Source of the DNA: Octopus sinensis
Lineage: Eukaryota
Reading direction: 5' to 3'
NCBI RefSeq assembly: GCF_006345805.1
Contig: NC_043003.1
Coordinates: 69,068,001 to 69,132,000 of the forward strand
DNA: 64,000 bases
Below the pieces are notes generated by a model. It ran no database searches. It had not been told where the DNA came from and saw nothing but the letters and a program-made list of their open reading frames with translations. Below are positions 50,295-64,000 of this stretch, piece after piece. Made by a program: the position numbers and the translations under genes. Each line of letters starts with the position of its first letter. The stretch's first letter is position 1.

Positions 50295-50772
50295 GCATTG
50301 AAATTCTATTCTTTCCAGCGCCGCCGTGAGTGATACATGTGGAGAATATATTGCCAGCATTGTCCAAATGACCTCAACATTAGCTTCAAAATTCATCCAA
50401 GGCTAGGACCACAGGCCATATGTCCCCTACCCAATTCAGGATCACAACACATAAATACACAGCAACACAATTTCTTTTCCTCAACAGGCTCTGCCCTATT
50501 TAACATTTTCCCAAAAGAGATCAAAGAGGAAAAGGATTCTATCACCTTTAAATTGAATCCAGACAAATTTCTTAAAGGAATACCAGATAAGCCACACGCA
50601 CCTAGATGCAACTCACTCAACAAGAACTCCCTACACGAATGGACCATGATACCACAAAACTTGACTTGAAAAGGATTTAGCTAATCCTGTCAGGTGGTGT
50701 TATCAAGTAAGACGTGGACTGGACCGATCTTTGGTCGAAACATATCTAAGTTTATCTAAGTTTATCTAAGTT
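50295..50772 (+). mobile_element. 5'-truncated CR1/L2-group LINE 3' end
   Basis: LKFYSFQRRRE*Y, ALFNIFPKEIK...FKLNPDKFLKGIPDKP...NSL; tandem (ATCTAAGTTT)n tail. Confidence 0.85.
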
Positions 50773-51028
50773 ATATATTATATTATATATATAATATATA
50801 TAATATATATATATATATCTTAAATTTCCCCCACTCCCATAAGCATATGAAATACAGATATACCGTAACATCTATATCACAATGTAATCTGTAAACACAA
50901 ATTGTGTACAATGTATTTGAGAGAATGAAATACATAGAAATACATAGAAATACACAGAGAGAAAGCAGACCAGGTAGAGAGGAGGAAAGCACGATAGAGA
51001 GGAGAAAGTGGATGCGCGTGTGTGTATG

Positions 51029-51064
<36 letters not shown>

Positions 51065-51569
51065 ATGTATGTTGAATGTCTATTTGTTAATACCTGTATG
51101 CGAATATATATGTTTGTGTTCCGATGTTGAAAAATTGCTTTATCGTGTGTAAAATGTGCTTAACACTAGATTTATGGGAAACACTGTCATAATTATCCTT
51201 TCTCAAATCATTGCTCTCAGATAAAAAGCAAATTTGAAGTGATTCTAAGATTGGACAAATTATAACAAGAAAAATAGCAACAGAAAAAAAAATTAGTTAT
51301 TAACTTGTTGGTTTTCTATTATCTGGATGCTTCTCAGTCATTTTTCTATTCAGCTTTTCCAATAGAGAAACAGTTATTTCAAATCGTTATGGCTGTCGGC
51401 AAACATGAATATCTCCCATTAAAAACATTCAGCTTCCAAACTAACTAAGCACAATGAATATCTATTGTATTTTGTCATCAGATCGTTCAATATTTCCTAG
51501 GCCATGATGTATATAGACTTACATCTATTGGATACAATGTGGCTACAATATAAACACAATATTATCGCC

Positions 51570-51658
51570 ATGATGTATTTATGTGTATATATATAATATA
51601 TATATATATACATATATATGGGTATATCGGTAAATGTGTTTGCATATATATACATATA

Positions 51659-51705
<47 letters not shown>

Positions 51706-52083
51706 TACATACATATTTACATATTAATGTAGATAGATTGAGAGGTACAAATATAGATAAATATACATATATGTATGTGCTTGTGTGTATATAATTATTA
51801 TATATATATATATAATTTACATGTGCGAGTATTTGTTTATATTAATGCGTGTGTCTGTATGTATACATATATATTTATATTTATATATATATGTGTGTGT
51901 GTATACATATATATGTATATATATATATATTTGTATACATATAAATGTTTCTACGTATAATATGTTTTTTATATATAGATATAAATATATACTTATATAT
52001 GTTACTATATATTTTTAAGATATCCATGTGTGTACGTGTGTATATATATATATATGAGAGATTTTAGAACTAGCTTTTGTATG

Positions 52084-52130
<47 letters not shown>

Positions 52131-52412
52131 TATATATATATACATACATATATATGATAGACAGAAAGATAGGACCCATACATATATACATATGACAGAT
52201 TTTGTGCGTGTGTGTGCATGTGTGTGTGTATCAATTTATGCAGGCATACCATGCACACACACACATATATGTAAATGTTACTTTATCTACATGTGTAGGC
52301 GTTGATATAATTGTGCGTATCTTGCATTTTGTCACGTTCTCATGCAACAGGCTACCCCTTGTCGTTTGGCACAGCGTCTCAAAATCAACACAATCAAATC
52401 AGCATAATTATA

Positions 52413-52491
<79 letters not shown>

Positions 52492-52601
52492 GCATATATA
52501 GTCATACATATATATATGTACACACACACGCACGCACACACACATATGTATATATATTTATATAAAGAAATTTGAGATAAATCGATCGATGGATATGTAT
52601 G

Positions 52602-52651
<50 letters not shown>

Positions 52652-52719
52652 CTTCCATATATATCTTCTCTATGTATGTGTCTATTTATCTACACACATA
52701 TATATATATATTATATATA

Positions 52720-52752
<33 letters not shown>

Positions 52753-53119
52753 CATGTGTGTGTATGTAATATATATTATGTATAAGGCACACACACACAG
52801 AGACACAGAGAGAGACAGACAGAGAATCGATAATGCTTAAAACTTATATCATCGTGTTCAAACTGAGATAAAAGAGTTACCGTTATTGTACACAAGGAAA
52901 TAACTAGTTACAAATTTAACGCAAACATCTAATTCTGTAATTCCTGCATTTCCTACATTCATTTCTCATCTTTATGTCAAAATAGAAAAAAATTGTGTAA
53001 TCATTATTGTGTACAAGCTCTTCTCGTCAATTTTTATGTTTCAAAATATTACTTCCAACAAACTTATATTCATAGAAACACATATAACTGTTTTCCTCGA
53101 AATAAATATATTTTTGTGA

Positions 53120-53167
<48 letters not shown>

Positions 53168-53242
53168 TAATTACACGCGCATACATATATATAAATTGCA
53201 CGCGCATACATACATATGTGTGTATGTAAGTATGTATGTGCA

Positions 53243-53274
<32 letters not shown>

Positions 53275-53519
53275 TTGTGTGTACATGTACATATATATAT
53301 ATATTTGTGTGTACATACAGAATTATGTGTATATGAATATATGTATATGTGTATCTTTCTATGTATATAGGTATATTCAATTATTGAAATGGGTATATAA
53401 GTATCGATATGTTTTAGTGCGTTAGGTCTGTGTATATTTATATAGCTACACACACACACACTTACAGACATGTGTGCATACGTGTATATGTATAAAATAT
53501 ATACATATATATATACATG

Positions 53520-53552
<33 letters not shown>

Positions 53553-53602
53553 ATATATATTATATATATAAATATATACACCACATATATATATATACAC
53601 AT

Positions 53603-53641
<39 letters not shown>

Positions 53642-53645
53642 AAAC
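51570..53645. repeat. Extensive (TA)n/(TG)n/(CA)n low-complexity field
   Basis: Directly visible. Confidence 0.95.
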
Positions 53646-53860
53646 AAGTGTAGGGGATCCAAACCTTAGCTATTAATTTCTAAATGCTATTTATTCTGTC
53701 GTGAAAAAAAAGCGATGGATTTTATGTTATATGAATAAACATTTTATAATCATTGCTCATAAACACGTCTTCCAACTTGTTAAATGATTTATTTTACTCT
53801 CATGCTGTTGAAACACTCGTAACGAAGGAATATATGCGATACACGGATCTCTCTTGTGTC

Positions 53861-53902
<42 letters not shown>

Positions 53903-54044
53903 GTGTGCGTATGTATGTGTGTGTGTGAGTGTGTGTGAGCGCGTGGGTGTGTATACACACACATATCGTGCATGTATATTTTGCACCCAATCTGGAACAC
54001 TTCTTTGAATGGTTTCGTCGATGAAATGAAGCACAGTACTCGTG

Positions 54045-54115
54045 TTATGTCTACGACTTATTCTATTGGTATTTTTTGCCAGACTGCTATGTTGCAGGGT
54101 CGTAAGCTAACACAG

Positions 54116-54156
<41 letters not shown>

Positions 54157-54636
54157 TATACACACGCACACCATCATTTCCTGCTATTCCGCCGGCAGCA
54201 GAATGTGCACCAGCTTGACATCGTTGCCTTGATAGTTTTCAACCTTTCGCAAGGACATTCAGGTCTTCACACGCACACGTTCATACATTTATGTACCACG
54301 GGATTCCTCAGAGTTTCCGTCCACAGAAGATACTCATTAGGCTTCGGTCGAACTGGACCTATAATAAAAGATTTGTGCTTAGGTGCCACGTTCCAGGACT
54401 TGAAACCACGTAAGCGAACTGACTAAAGACACTTCATACTTGCACCAAAATGCATATATACTGTCGCGGGTTCAGTCCCACTGCGTGGCACCTTGGATAA
54501 GTAACTTCTACTATAGCCTCAGGCCGACCAAAGCCTTGTGAGTGGATTTGGCAGATGAAAACTGAAAGAAGCCCGTCGTATATATATATGTGTGAGTGTG
54601 TATTATTTATATGTATATATTCATGTGTGTGTGCAT

Positions 54637-54669
<33 letters not shown>

Positions 54670-54950
54670 TATATATATATTATATATATATATATATATA
54701 TATGTATATGTATTTATGTATGTATATATTCGTGTGGGTGTCTTTGTGTCTGTGCTTGTCACTGCAGCACCAAAGCTTGACTACCGATGTTGGTATGTTT
54801 ACGTCCATGTAAGTTAACCGTTCGGCAATAGACACCGATGGAATAAGTGTTAGGCATGCAAGTCCTGGGGGAGATTTCTCCGACTAAGACCCTTTATAGC
54901 GGTGCTCCATCATGGCCACAGTCAAATGACTGAAATAAGCAAAACAATAA
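54045..54950. mobile_element. Two family B SINEs head-to-head (old minus copy 54045-54445, plus copy 54468-54950)
   Basis: Head, microsatellite and tail motifs in opposite orientations. Confidence 0.75.
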
Positions 54951-55007
54951 AAGTATACATTTCTGCTATTATGAAAACGTGTCGTAAGTCCAAAACGTTG
55001 GGGTTTT

Positions 55008-55403
55008 TTTCTACTCTGGGCACAAGACCCGAAATGTTGGTGCAAGGGGCCAGTCGATTAGATCGACTCCAGTATGTAACTGGTACTTATTTAATCGACC
55101 CCGAAAGGATGAAAGTCAAAGTAGACCTCGGCGAAATTTGAACTCAGAACGTAGCGGCAGACGAAATACCTATTTCTTTACTATCCACAAGGGGCTAAAC
55201 ACAGAGGGGTCGAACAAGGACAGACAAACGGATTAAGCCGATTATATCGACTCCAATGTGTAACTGGTACTTAATCTATCGACCCTGAAATGATGAAAGG
55301 CAAAGTCGACCTCGGCGGAATTTGAACTCAGAACGTAGCGGCAGACGAAATACTAATAAGCATTTCGCTGGGCGTGCTGACGTTTCTGCCAGCTCGCCGC
55401 CTT
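55008..55403 (-). mobile_element. SINE family A dimer
   Basis: Two cores; junction CAGACGAAATACC|TATTTCTTT. Confidence 0.92.
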
Positions 55404-55619
55404 AAACCGTTGCTTTTTTAGAAAATTAGAAAAAATATTTTCACCATTCCATAACAAAACGATTGTACTACACTTTGAGAATTTTTTATATGCTGGCAAC
55501 TGAAACAGCTGAAGATACGATAGTTTGACCAAAAGAATTGGCTATTGCAAGCAAAAATTAATATTGAAATAAACACATTTGGCCAAATTTCGACATACGC
55601 CAGTTAAACATAATAGTAA

Positions 55620-55659
<40 letters not shown>

Positions 55660-55707
<48 letters not shown>

Positions 55708-56295
55708 TGTGTATTTGTGTGTGTGTTTGTGTTTTATAGAATATGAGGGGTGTAACTCACTTGTGATCTAAACGAATATATATATAGGAATTGCCAAATA
55801 ATGGGTATTATATCCCTTTATTTTTTCCTGCAATGAAACCCCAGAAACGGCCGTTGGTGCCCTACTTTAACTAATTTTACCTATTCCGGATTTTAACTTT
55901 ACTCCTCATCGTATCTTTCAGTTCGTTTCCATCACCACTTTAAACTTTCTCCAATATTTTTACCTTTACACGCATGGTTTAACGGGGTTTTTTTATGTCT
56001 GCATCCGAGGATTCTTTACTCATATATATTCGATATATTTAATTACTTAAAGATTTTTAAAATAAATAAATTAAAATGTCTGTATTTACATATCTTTAAT
56101 CTATCGTAGAATTGTCCTTTAAATCCATCTCTAATCGGAGTCATGTTTGCGGATCGAATTACCAGATCTTGTTTCTTCACATTACACACACACACATACA
56201 CACACACTCACTCTCCCCTTTCTCTCCCTCTTTCTCCTTTCTCTCTCACCCTCTCTCGCCCTGTCTCCTTCTCTCTGTGTTTCTCTCCCTCCCTC

Positions 56296-56358
<63 letters not shown>

Positions 56359-56636
56359 TTCGTACGCAGACACAATTTCAAAAATTCGTTACTGATATTC
56401 TTTTCTGAGGATTGGGCAAATAGATGAAGATGGCCCAGAAGAGATTCCAGCTAGCCGAAACTTCGAAGTTACAGCTAAACCTATCCTTGTTAAAGAATAA
56501 AATACATGCATATATATGTGTATGTATGAGTATGTGTGTATGGTGTGTGAGTGTGTGTGAGAGAGTATGTATGAGTGAGTGTGTGAGTGTGTGTATGTCT
56601 AAGTATCTAAGTATATATATCTGCGTATGTGCGTAT

Positions 56637-56716
<80 letters not shown>

Positions 56717-57303
56717 TGTGTATTTGTGTGTGTGTTGTGTTTTATAGAATATGAGGGGTGTAACTCACTTGTGATCTAAACGAATATATATATAGGAATT
56801 GCCAAATAATGGGTATTATATCCCTTTATTTTTTCCTGCAATGAAACCCCAGAAACGGCCGTTGGTGCCCTACTTTAACTAATTTTACCTATTCCGGATT
56901 TTAACTTTACTCCTCATCGTATCTTTCAGTTCGTTTCCATCACCACTTTAAACTTTCTCCATATTTTTACCTTTACACGCATGGTTTAACGGGGTTTTTT
57001 TATGTCTGCATCCGAGGATTCTTTACTCATATATATTCGATATATTTAATTACTTAAAGATTTTTAAAATAAATAAATTAAAATGTCTGTATTTACATAT
57101 CTTTAATCTATCGTAGAATTGTCCTTTAAATCCATCTCTAATCGGAGTCATGTTGCGGATCGAATTACCAGATCTTGTTTCTTCACATTACACACACACA
57201 CATACACACACACTCACTCTCCCCTTTCTCTCCCTCTTTCTCCTTTCTCTCTCACCCTCTCTCGCCCTGTCTCCTTCTCTCTGTGTTTCTCTCCCTCCCT
57301 CTA

Positions 57304-57343
<40 letters not shown>

Positions 57344-57620
57344 ACTTTCGTACGCAGACACAATTTCAAAAATTCGTTACTGATATTCTTTTCTGAGGAT
57401 TGGGCAAATAGATGAAGATGGCCCAGAAGAGATTCCAGCTAGCCGAAACTTCGAAGTTACAGCTAAACCTATCCTTGTTAAGAATAAAATACATGCATAT
57501 ATATGTGTATGTATGAGTATGTGTGTATGGGTGTGTGAGTGTGTGTGAGAGAGTATGTATGAGTGAGTGTGTGAGTGTGTGTATGTCTAAGTATCTAAGT
57601 ATATATATCTGCGTATGTGC

Positions 57621-57650
<30 letters not shown>
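55660..57650 (+). repeat. Near-identical tandem duplication, period about 1 kb
   Basis: 55741 onward repeats at 56749; differences mostly 1-bp homopolymer indels. Confidence 0.93.
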
Positions 57651-57693
<43 letters not shown>

Positions 57694-57757
57694 ATATATG
57701 CGTGTGTATATATAGACTGGTAGAAAGACAGACAGGCAAACGCACAAGCAAACAGAC

Positions 57758-57863
<106 letters not shown>

Positions 57864-58425
57864 ACACTCAATCAGACAGAAATGGGTGATAAGCACAGGA
57901 TATAGTTAAGAACATTTGTTCTCTTCGTACTTTTCACCAATGCCGTTGGTTTCATCCCCAAGAGTGAAATTTACGTGAGCAATAAATGATAAATACTGCA
58001 TCTTGTGTCTATGATACTTTTTCCACCAACATTTCTCAGTATATCATAACCAGCGATACTACCAAGTAAAGTAGTAACCACACCACTTTATAACAATTAG
58101 ACTCGATGACGATATTCTACGTTGTGTTCTATATATATCCATCTATATAAACCACCCGTGCTTGCATGTATGTATTGTGTGTAAATCTTTCGTCAATGTT
58201 TATTAACGAAATATTTAGACAACGCCGAGTCAGCCAAAATAATCGATGCCTTTTGAACGAATTCTCATGTGATTTTTGCGATACAGTCTGAATCGAGTCA
58301 ATCACTCTCTTGTCATACTCGCCGTCAGAAATGCAATGAACCAGTGAATAATCTTTTGGAAACTTATGACCATGTACCCTCTTGGTTACAAATCATATAA
58401 AATATATAGATAGATTATATAAAAT

Positions 58426-58917
58426 CTTTTCTGTTCTAGGCACAAGTCCTGAAATTTTTGAGGAGGTGGGGGCAGTCGAATACATCGACAGACAAAATAC
58501 CTATTTCTTTACTACCCACAAGGGGCTAAACACAGAGGGACCAAACAAGGATAGACAAACGGATTAAGTCGATTACATCGACCCCGGTGCGTAACTTGTA
58601 CTTGATTTATCGAACCCGAAAGGATGAAAGGCAAAATCGACCTCGGCGGAATTTGAACTCAGAACGTAACGGCAGACGAAATACCTATTTCTTTACTACC
58701 CACAAGGGGTTAAACACAGAGGGGACAAACAAGGATAGACAAACGGATTAAGTCGATTACATCGGCCCCAGTGCCTAACTGGTATTTAATTTATCAACAC
58801 CGAAAGGATGAAAGGCAAAGTCGACCTCGGCGGAATTTGAACTCAGAACGCCACGGCGAACGAAATACCACAAAGGATTTCGCCCAGCGTGCTAACGTTT
58901 CTGCCAGCTCGCCGCGT
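58426..58917 (-). mobile_element. SINE family A multimer (two units plus a deleted third)
   Basis: Same junction twice; perfect TSD TAGATTATATAAAAT (58411-58425, 58920-58934). Confidence 0.93.
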
Positions 58918-61194
58918 TTTAGATTATATAAAATAAATAATGACTGGTGGAGCATGAGTTTGGTAGGTAGACATCGAATTTTATTTGGCAGTTTCAAATC
59001 CCACTCGTTAGAAGTTTCATTCTTAATCACAGCAAATGCAGTTATGAAGTTATTATTGCCACGACATCCCGTGTATACCTTTTCTCTGAAATATAGAATC
59101 TTGATGTATAACAAAAAATCATTAAAAGTGATTAACTTACATAAAAAATAAAATGAAATGGTTATTACGTTTATTGTTGTGCTTCTTTAACCACCATGTC
59201 AGTCATGATTGAGTGTGCTTATAATCAATAGTGTTCCGTATGTGACCATCCCACCCCATTATTTCATAGAGATCTTGTACGTTCCAAATTGAAATCCAAC
59301 GCTCTGCTCATGAAGTTCTTTTTCTATCTTGTGTCCTTGCCAGGATTTCAACTCAGAACGTACTGCAATGTAGCTAAAACCGTCGTTTTTGTCAGTAATA
59401 TTTTCTGACATAAGGCCACACGTTCTGAGGGAAAAACTGTCATTTAAATAAACCCTTCATTCTTATTTCATCTAACTGCAAAAGATGAAAGGCACTCTCA
59501 ACCCTGATGAGACTTCAATTTCAGAAAGCAAAGACACGTCACTAAATTCCACCTGACAGCTTTTGCTACGTTTTACTGATTTTGTAATCCACAGACAATA
59601 AACTACGATAAATGTTGTAAAGCAATTCTGCGAAGTATCATCGATATTTGTAGTTATCTGAAAAATATTTTTTCCTGGACTGAAAAGAATGGCTGGCGAA
59701 AAAATATACGTAAGTGAAGCGATATCGTGCTTCCTTTCAGTGTCAATTTCTGTTAGTTATGATCTGATAAGTAGGCAAATATTTCTTGCACTTTCAAAAG
59801 CGCTTGCCGGAAAAACAAAAATTATTCAAAAGTATAATAACCTGACGCAGAGAATCTATGTGAGTTCCAGCTGTTCTTTATTTATTTCCGTTTCTTTGTT
59901 GACTGTCAGTTTGGAGAGAAATCTTTTGTGTCATTATTGCCATCGACATGACATTTAAGAATTCATTGACGTTGAATGGAAGCGGAAGAGGTGATTGTGA
60001 CAGTGTAGATCTCATTACGTTCTGCAGAAGGGAAGTCAGTCACGAAACTACGCCAAAGCGATAAAGCCTTCGGAAATATTCTTCAGAGTTTTCATATGTA
60101 TATCTACTCAATCACTATTGATCTTTTCTACCAAAATTTTAACCGTTCTTTCCAGCATTGTAGCTTTTACAGGGAAAATATATAATCGTATTTATGCATG
60201 TAAGTGCGCATGTATAGATAGGGTATGGATTTCGGTATAGATTGATGAATGGAGGAATGGATGATGGATGGATGGATGGAAGTAGAAGAAAGAGAGGTAT
60301 TAAGTTGTATCTGTCCGGCACACATGCATATATTCATCTATCTATTTATCAAAGTGGTTTGAGCAGCATAATAGTGCAAGACCTAAGCTCTCTGTGAACC
60401 ACTGGTGGATGCGGGTTTATCCACAGTTGGATCTGTTTAATTTTATTTTTAAGTTGATTTCTTCAGGAGAACCTTAAACATAACATGTCACATTTTTCCT
60501 ATGCCTAAAGCGTGGGACTGCTATTTAATAAAAAAACGAAATCCACTTCCAATCAGAAATATTCCACATGATCAATCATATTTGTTCAATGCCCTTTTTA
60601 CTGTAATATTTCCTAAGAAAAAATATTTCCTAAGAAGAATCACAATGAGGAAACCCAACGGCAATACCAACGAGAAGAGCCAATGCTAACATAGATACCT
60701 CCTCCGTAAATGACAAATACTAAAAAATAACCGATGGGCAATATGCCGATGTACTTTCCAGCACGTCATTGTTATACAGAGCTAAGAGAAAGCACATTCA
60801 AATAACGCTTACACCAAAATAAAAAGTGTTCGTTCTACAACTATCGTCAGGTAAAAAAATAGGCGCTATTGAAATTCATTTGATAATCAAAGAATGTAGG
60901 AATACGCACAGAACAGTCATATAGCTCCACTGTACAGATACATTTTGAGTAGACACGATATCACCAGATAAAATTCCAGAACACACAAGCCTCTCTGAAA
61001 CCGTTTTCGCCCAGAATTTAAGCCACTACTTCTATGAACCAACCATGAAATTTGAGAACTTCCTAGATAGTAATTTATTGGATCTTTTTATATAACATTC
61101 CTGAACTATTGTTTTTTATAGCATTTCCTTCGGTATATTTTTCGAAGATATACAGCACCTAACTATATATAGCATCTAACCATATATTTTTCTC

Positions 61195-61494
61195 TTGGGC
61201 CCTAGGACTCATAAGGCCTGTTACTTGATTTCCATGGTGTATAAGTGACCGAGATCACAACATTTCCCCTGGACAGGATACTGGTCCATTGCGGGGCTCA
61301 ATACCAGCAATTTCTGAGTGTAAAAAACGAGTCGGCTGCATCGATTCCAGGCCTCGACTTATTTCCTTGATCCCCGAAGGAGCGGAAGGTAAAGTTGACC
61401 TCGTCGGGATTTGAGTTCATTACGTAAAGATCAGGAAGAAACGCCGCTAGATATTTTATCCAATGTGCTAACGACTCTGCCAGCTTGCCTCCTT
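61195..61494 (-). mobile_element. Old SINE family A variant with tail C
   Basis: Decayed head/core; tail CCCGCAATGGACCAGTATCCTGTCCAGGGG on minus. Confidence 0.7.
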
Positions 61495-62107
61495 CTAACT
61501 ATACAAAGCATCTCTTAATTCCTTTTGTGCCTCATTCAGTATATTCGCTCTTGGACTTGAATCATGTAATTTTATAATCACATGTAATTATTATTGTAAT
61601 TAGACAACCTATAAGAGTATTACATCTGAACCACTAGACGCATGAGTGTGTATTTGTGTGTATTTGTGTGTGAGAGTGTGTGTGTATGTTTGCGTTCATG
61701 CGAGAGCGCGTGTGCATGCGTGTGGTGTCTGCATGAGAATCCTCGCTCTTCCATTGACAGTTTTAAGACTTGTCGCACTCAAGGGATGTAAACCTTAACA
61801 TAAAGTTAAACCGTTATCTCCCGTCATTAGAATGCCATGCGCATAGCCGTGAATAATATAATATCATTCAAAGATGGCGGGGCAATATATAAACATAGTA
61901 ACTTCGTCTGAAGATCTATTACTTAACAAATACTGGTGTCTATAATCGATACGTTTCATATTTCAGCTGGTAACATTCATTACTGAACGCATAATCAACG
62001 AAATATTAAGGCCTGTTGTATTCTGTTGATACACAGATTTACTCTAAGTATTTGTTTCTCACTTTCTTCTTTTATGTTTTATTTAGATAAACGTTACAGT
62101 ACATATA

Positions 62108-62727
62108 CTCTTTTCTACTCAAGGCACAAGGCCCGAAATTTTGGGGGAGGGGGGACCAGTTGATTAGATCGACCCCAGTACGAAACTGGTACTTAATTTA
62201 TCGACCCCGAAAGGATGAAAGGCAAGGTCGACCGCGGCGGAATTTGAACTCAGAACGTAACGGCAGACGAAATACGGCTACGCATTTTCGCCCGGCGTGC
62301 TAACGTTTCTTATTTCTTTATTGCCCACAAGGGGCTAAACACAGAGCGGACGAACAAGGACAGACAAACGGATTAAGTCAATTATATCGACCCCAGTGCA
62401 TGACTGGTACTTATTTAATCGTCCCCGAAAGGATGAAAGGGAAAGTCGACGTCGGCGGAATTTGAACTCAGAACGTAGCGGCAGGCGAAATACCTATTTC
62501 TTTACTACCCACAAGGGGCTAAACACAGAACGGACGAACAAGGACAGACAAACGGATTAAGTCGATTATATCGACCCCAGTGCGTAATTGGTACTTATTT
62601 AATGAACTCCGAAAAGATGAAAGGCAAAGTCAACCTCGGCAGAATTTGAACTCAGAACGTAGCGGCAGACGAAATACGGCTACGCATTTCGCCCGGTGTG
62701 CTAACGTTTCTGCCAGCTCGCCGCCTT
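62108..62727 (-). mobile_element. SINE family A trimer (tails A, A, B)
   Basis: Three cores; both junction types seen at 16626-17269; TSD-like GTTACAGTACATATA / GTCACAGTATATATA. Confidence 0.93.
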
Positions 62728-63292
62728 GTCACAGTATATATATTGTCCGACGAAGGCTGGCAGGCTGAAGCTTCGAAGTCACTGTCACTCTTCTTATAAA
62801 AGTTTAATAAATATGTACTCTACAAAAAAGTAGTTAGTGATTCTTCAGTTCAATGCTAAAGTGCTTAAATTATAACTCAACATAAAAACAAACATCAATG
62901 TATGTGTGTGTGAGTGTGTGTGTGTGTGTATACTAACTGAAAGATATGTAAACACACACACACACACACGTGCACACATATTTACACGCAAACAAATTCA
63001 AGTACACAATTTGTTGCCATTTCGAAATGACATTTGAAGCATCTGATTTCGCCATCGTTGATAGACAGTCAGTTTATATTTCGTTCAATTATTTATTTTA
63101 ACATTTAACCTTTGTATATTGCGGAAAAAAATAATCACGTTTTTAATTTGAATTATTTTAATGTTTTAATGTGTTTTGTCATCGTCTAGAAGATTTTGTA
63201 TGTCAAAGCGAAATAGCTGAGTTGTTAATTCTAAGATCAACATAAGATTATTAATTCATTCAATCATTTCTTGAGTACAAAAGAAACTTATT

Positions 63293-63470
63293 CTGGTGCA
63301 CGCATGGTTCTGGTAAAGAAGCTTGATATACAGCGATGAGGTTTCAGGTTCTGCCAGAGTGCACAGTACCTTGAGCAAGTACCTTTATTCTATAAGCCCG
63401 ATCCGACCAATGCCTCGGGAGTCAATTTTGTAGTCGCAAACTGTCTGGAAGCTCATCGTGTGTGTGCGTG
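63293..63470 (+). mobile_element. SINE family B 5' half, decayed
   Basis: ACCTTGAGCAAGT...CCGACCAATGCC. Confidence 0.7.
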
Positions 63471-63528
<58 letters not shown>

Positions 63529-63744
63529 AACTCGATATGAAATTGTGTACATTTAAACAGAAGAGAAAACACCCTTCAACAGGCAGTTTTTACACGCTAG
63601 AAGAAGCAGTCAAAACGACCAAAACCACATTTAAAGAGGGATGAAAAATAAAAACTTTTTACCTTGTTATTTTATTCCCGTCAGACCTAGGCTTCTAATT
63701 TTTTTTTTAGCAAATAAAATAATTTGCTGGTCGAATTTTTCATC

Positions 63745-64000
<256 letters not shown>

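Noticed and set aside
59689-59719. Possible first coding exon ATGGCTGGCGAAAAAATATAC|GTAAGT
   Set aside because: A single ATG plus donor is expected by chance in 64 kb; no downstream exon recognised.

Overview
AT-rich eukaryotic intronic/intergenic DNA saturated with microsatellites and transposon relics. The SINE families and repeat style point to an octopod cephalopod (Octopus-like; inference). I found no credible host protein-coding gene; almost all listed ORFs are microsatellite artefacts. Supported content: at least three tRNA-derived SINE families (many with target-site duplications), relics of CR1/L2-group, RTE, R4/Dong-like, possible L1/Tx1 and Penelope-like (PLE) retroelements, Tc1/mariner relics, hAT- and piggyBac-type MITEs, a possible Helitron fragment, an initiator tRNA-Met pseudogene and several local duplications (two probably assembly artefacts). 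Most interesting: (1) about a dozen minimal PLE-type hammerhead ribozyme motifs with palindromic stem III, including one in the tail of an element with a tRNA-like Pol III head, arranged as a fold-back; (2) SINE dimers/trimers with recurrent junctions, each inside a single TSD, i.e. integrated as concatemers; (3) modular head/tail exchange among SINEs and a SINE tail resembling a local LINE 3' end. All alignments and counts were made by eye; coordinates of degenerate elements are approximate.
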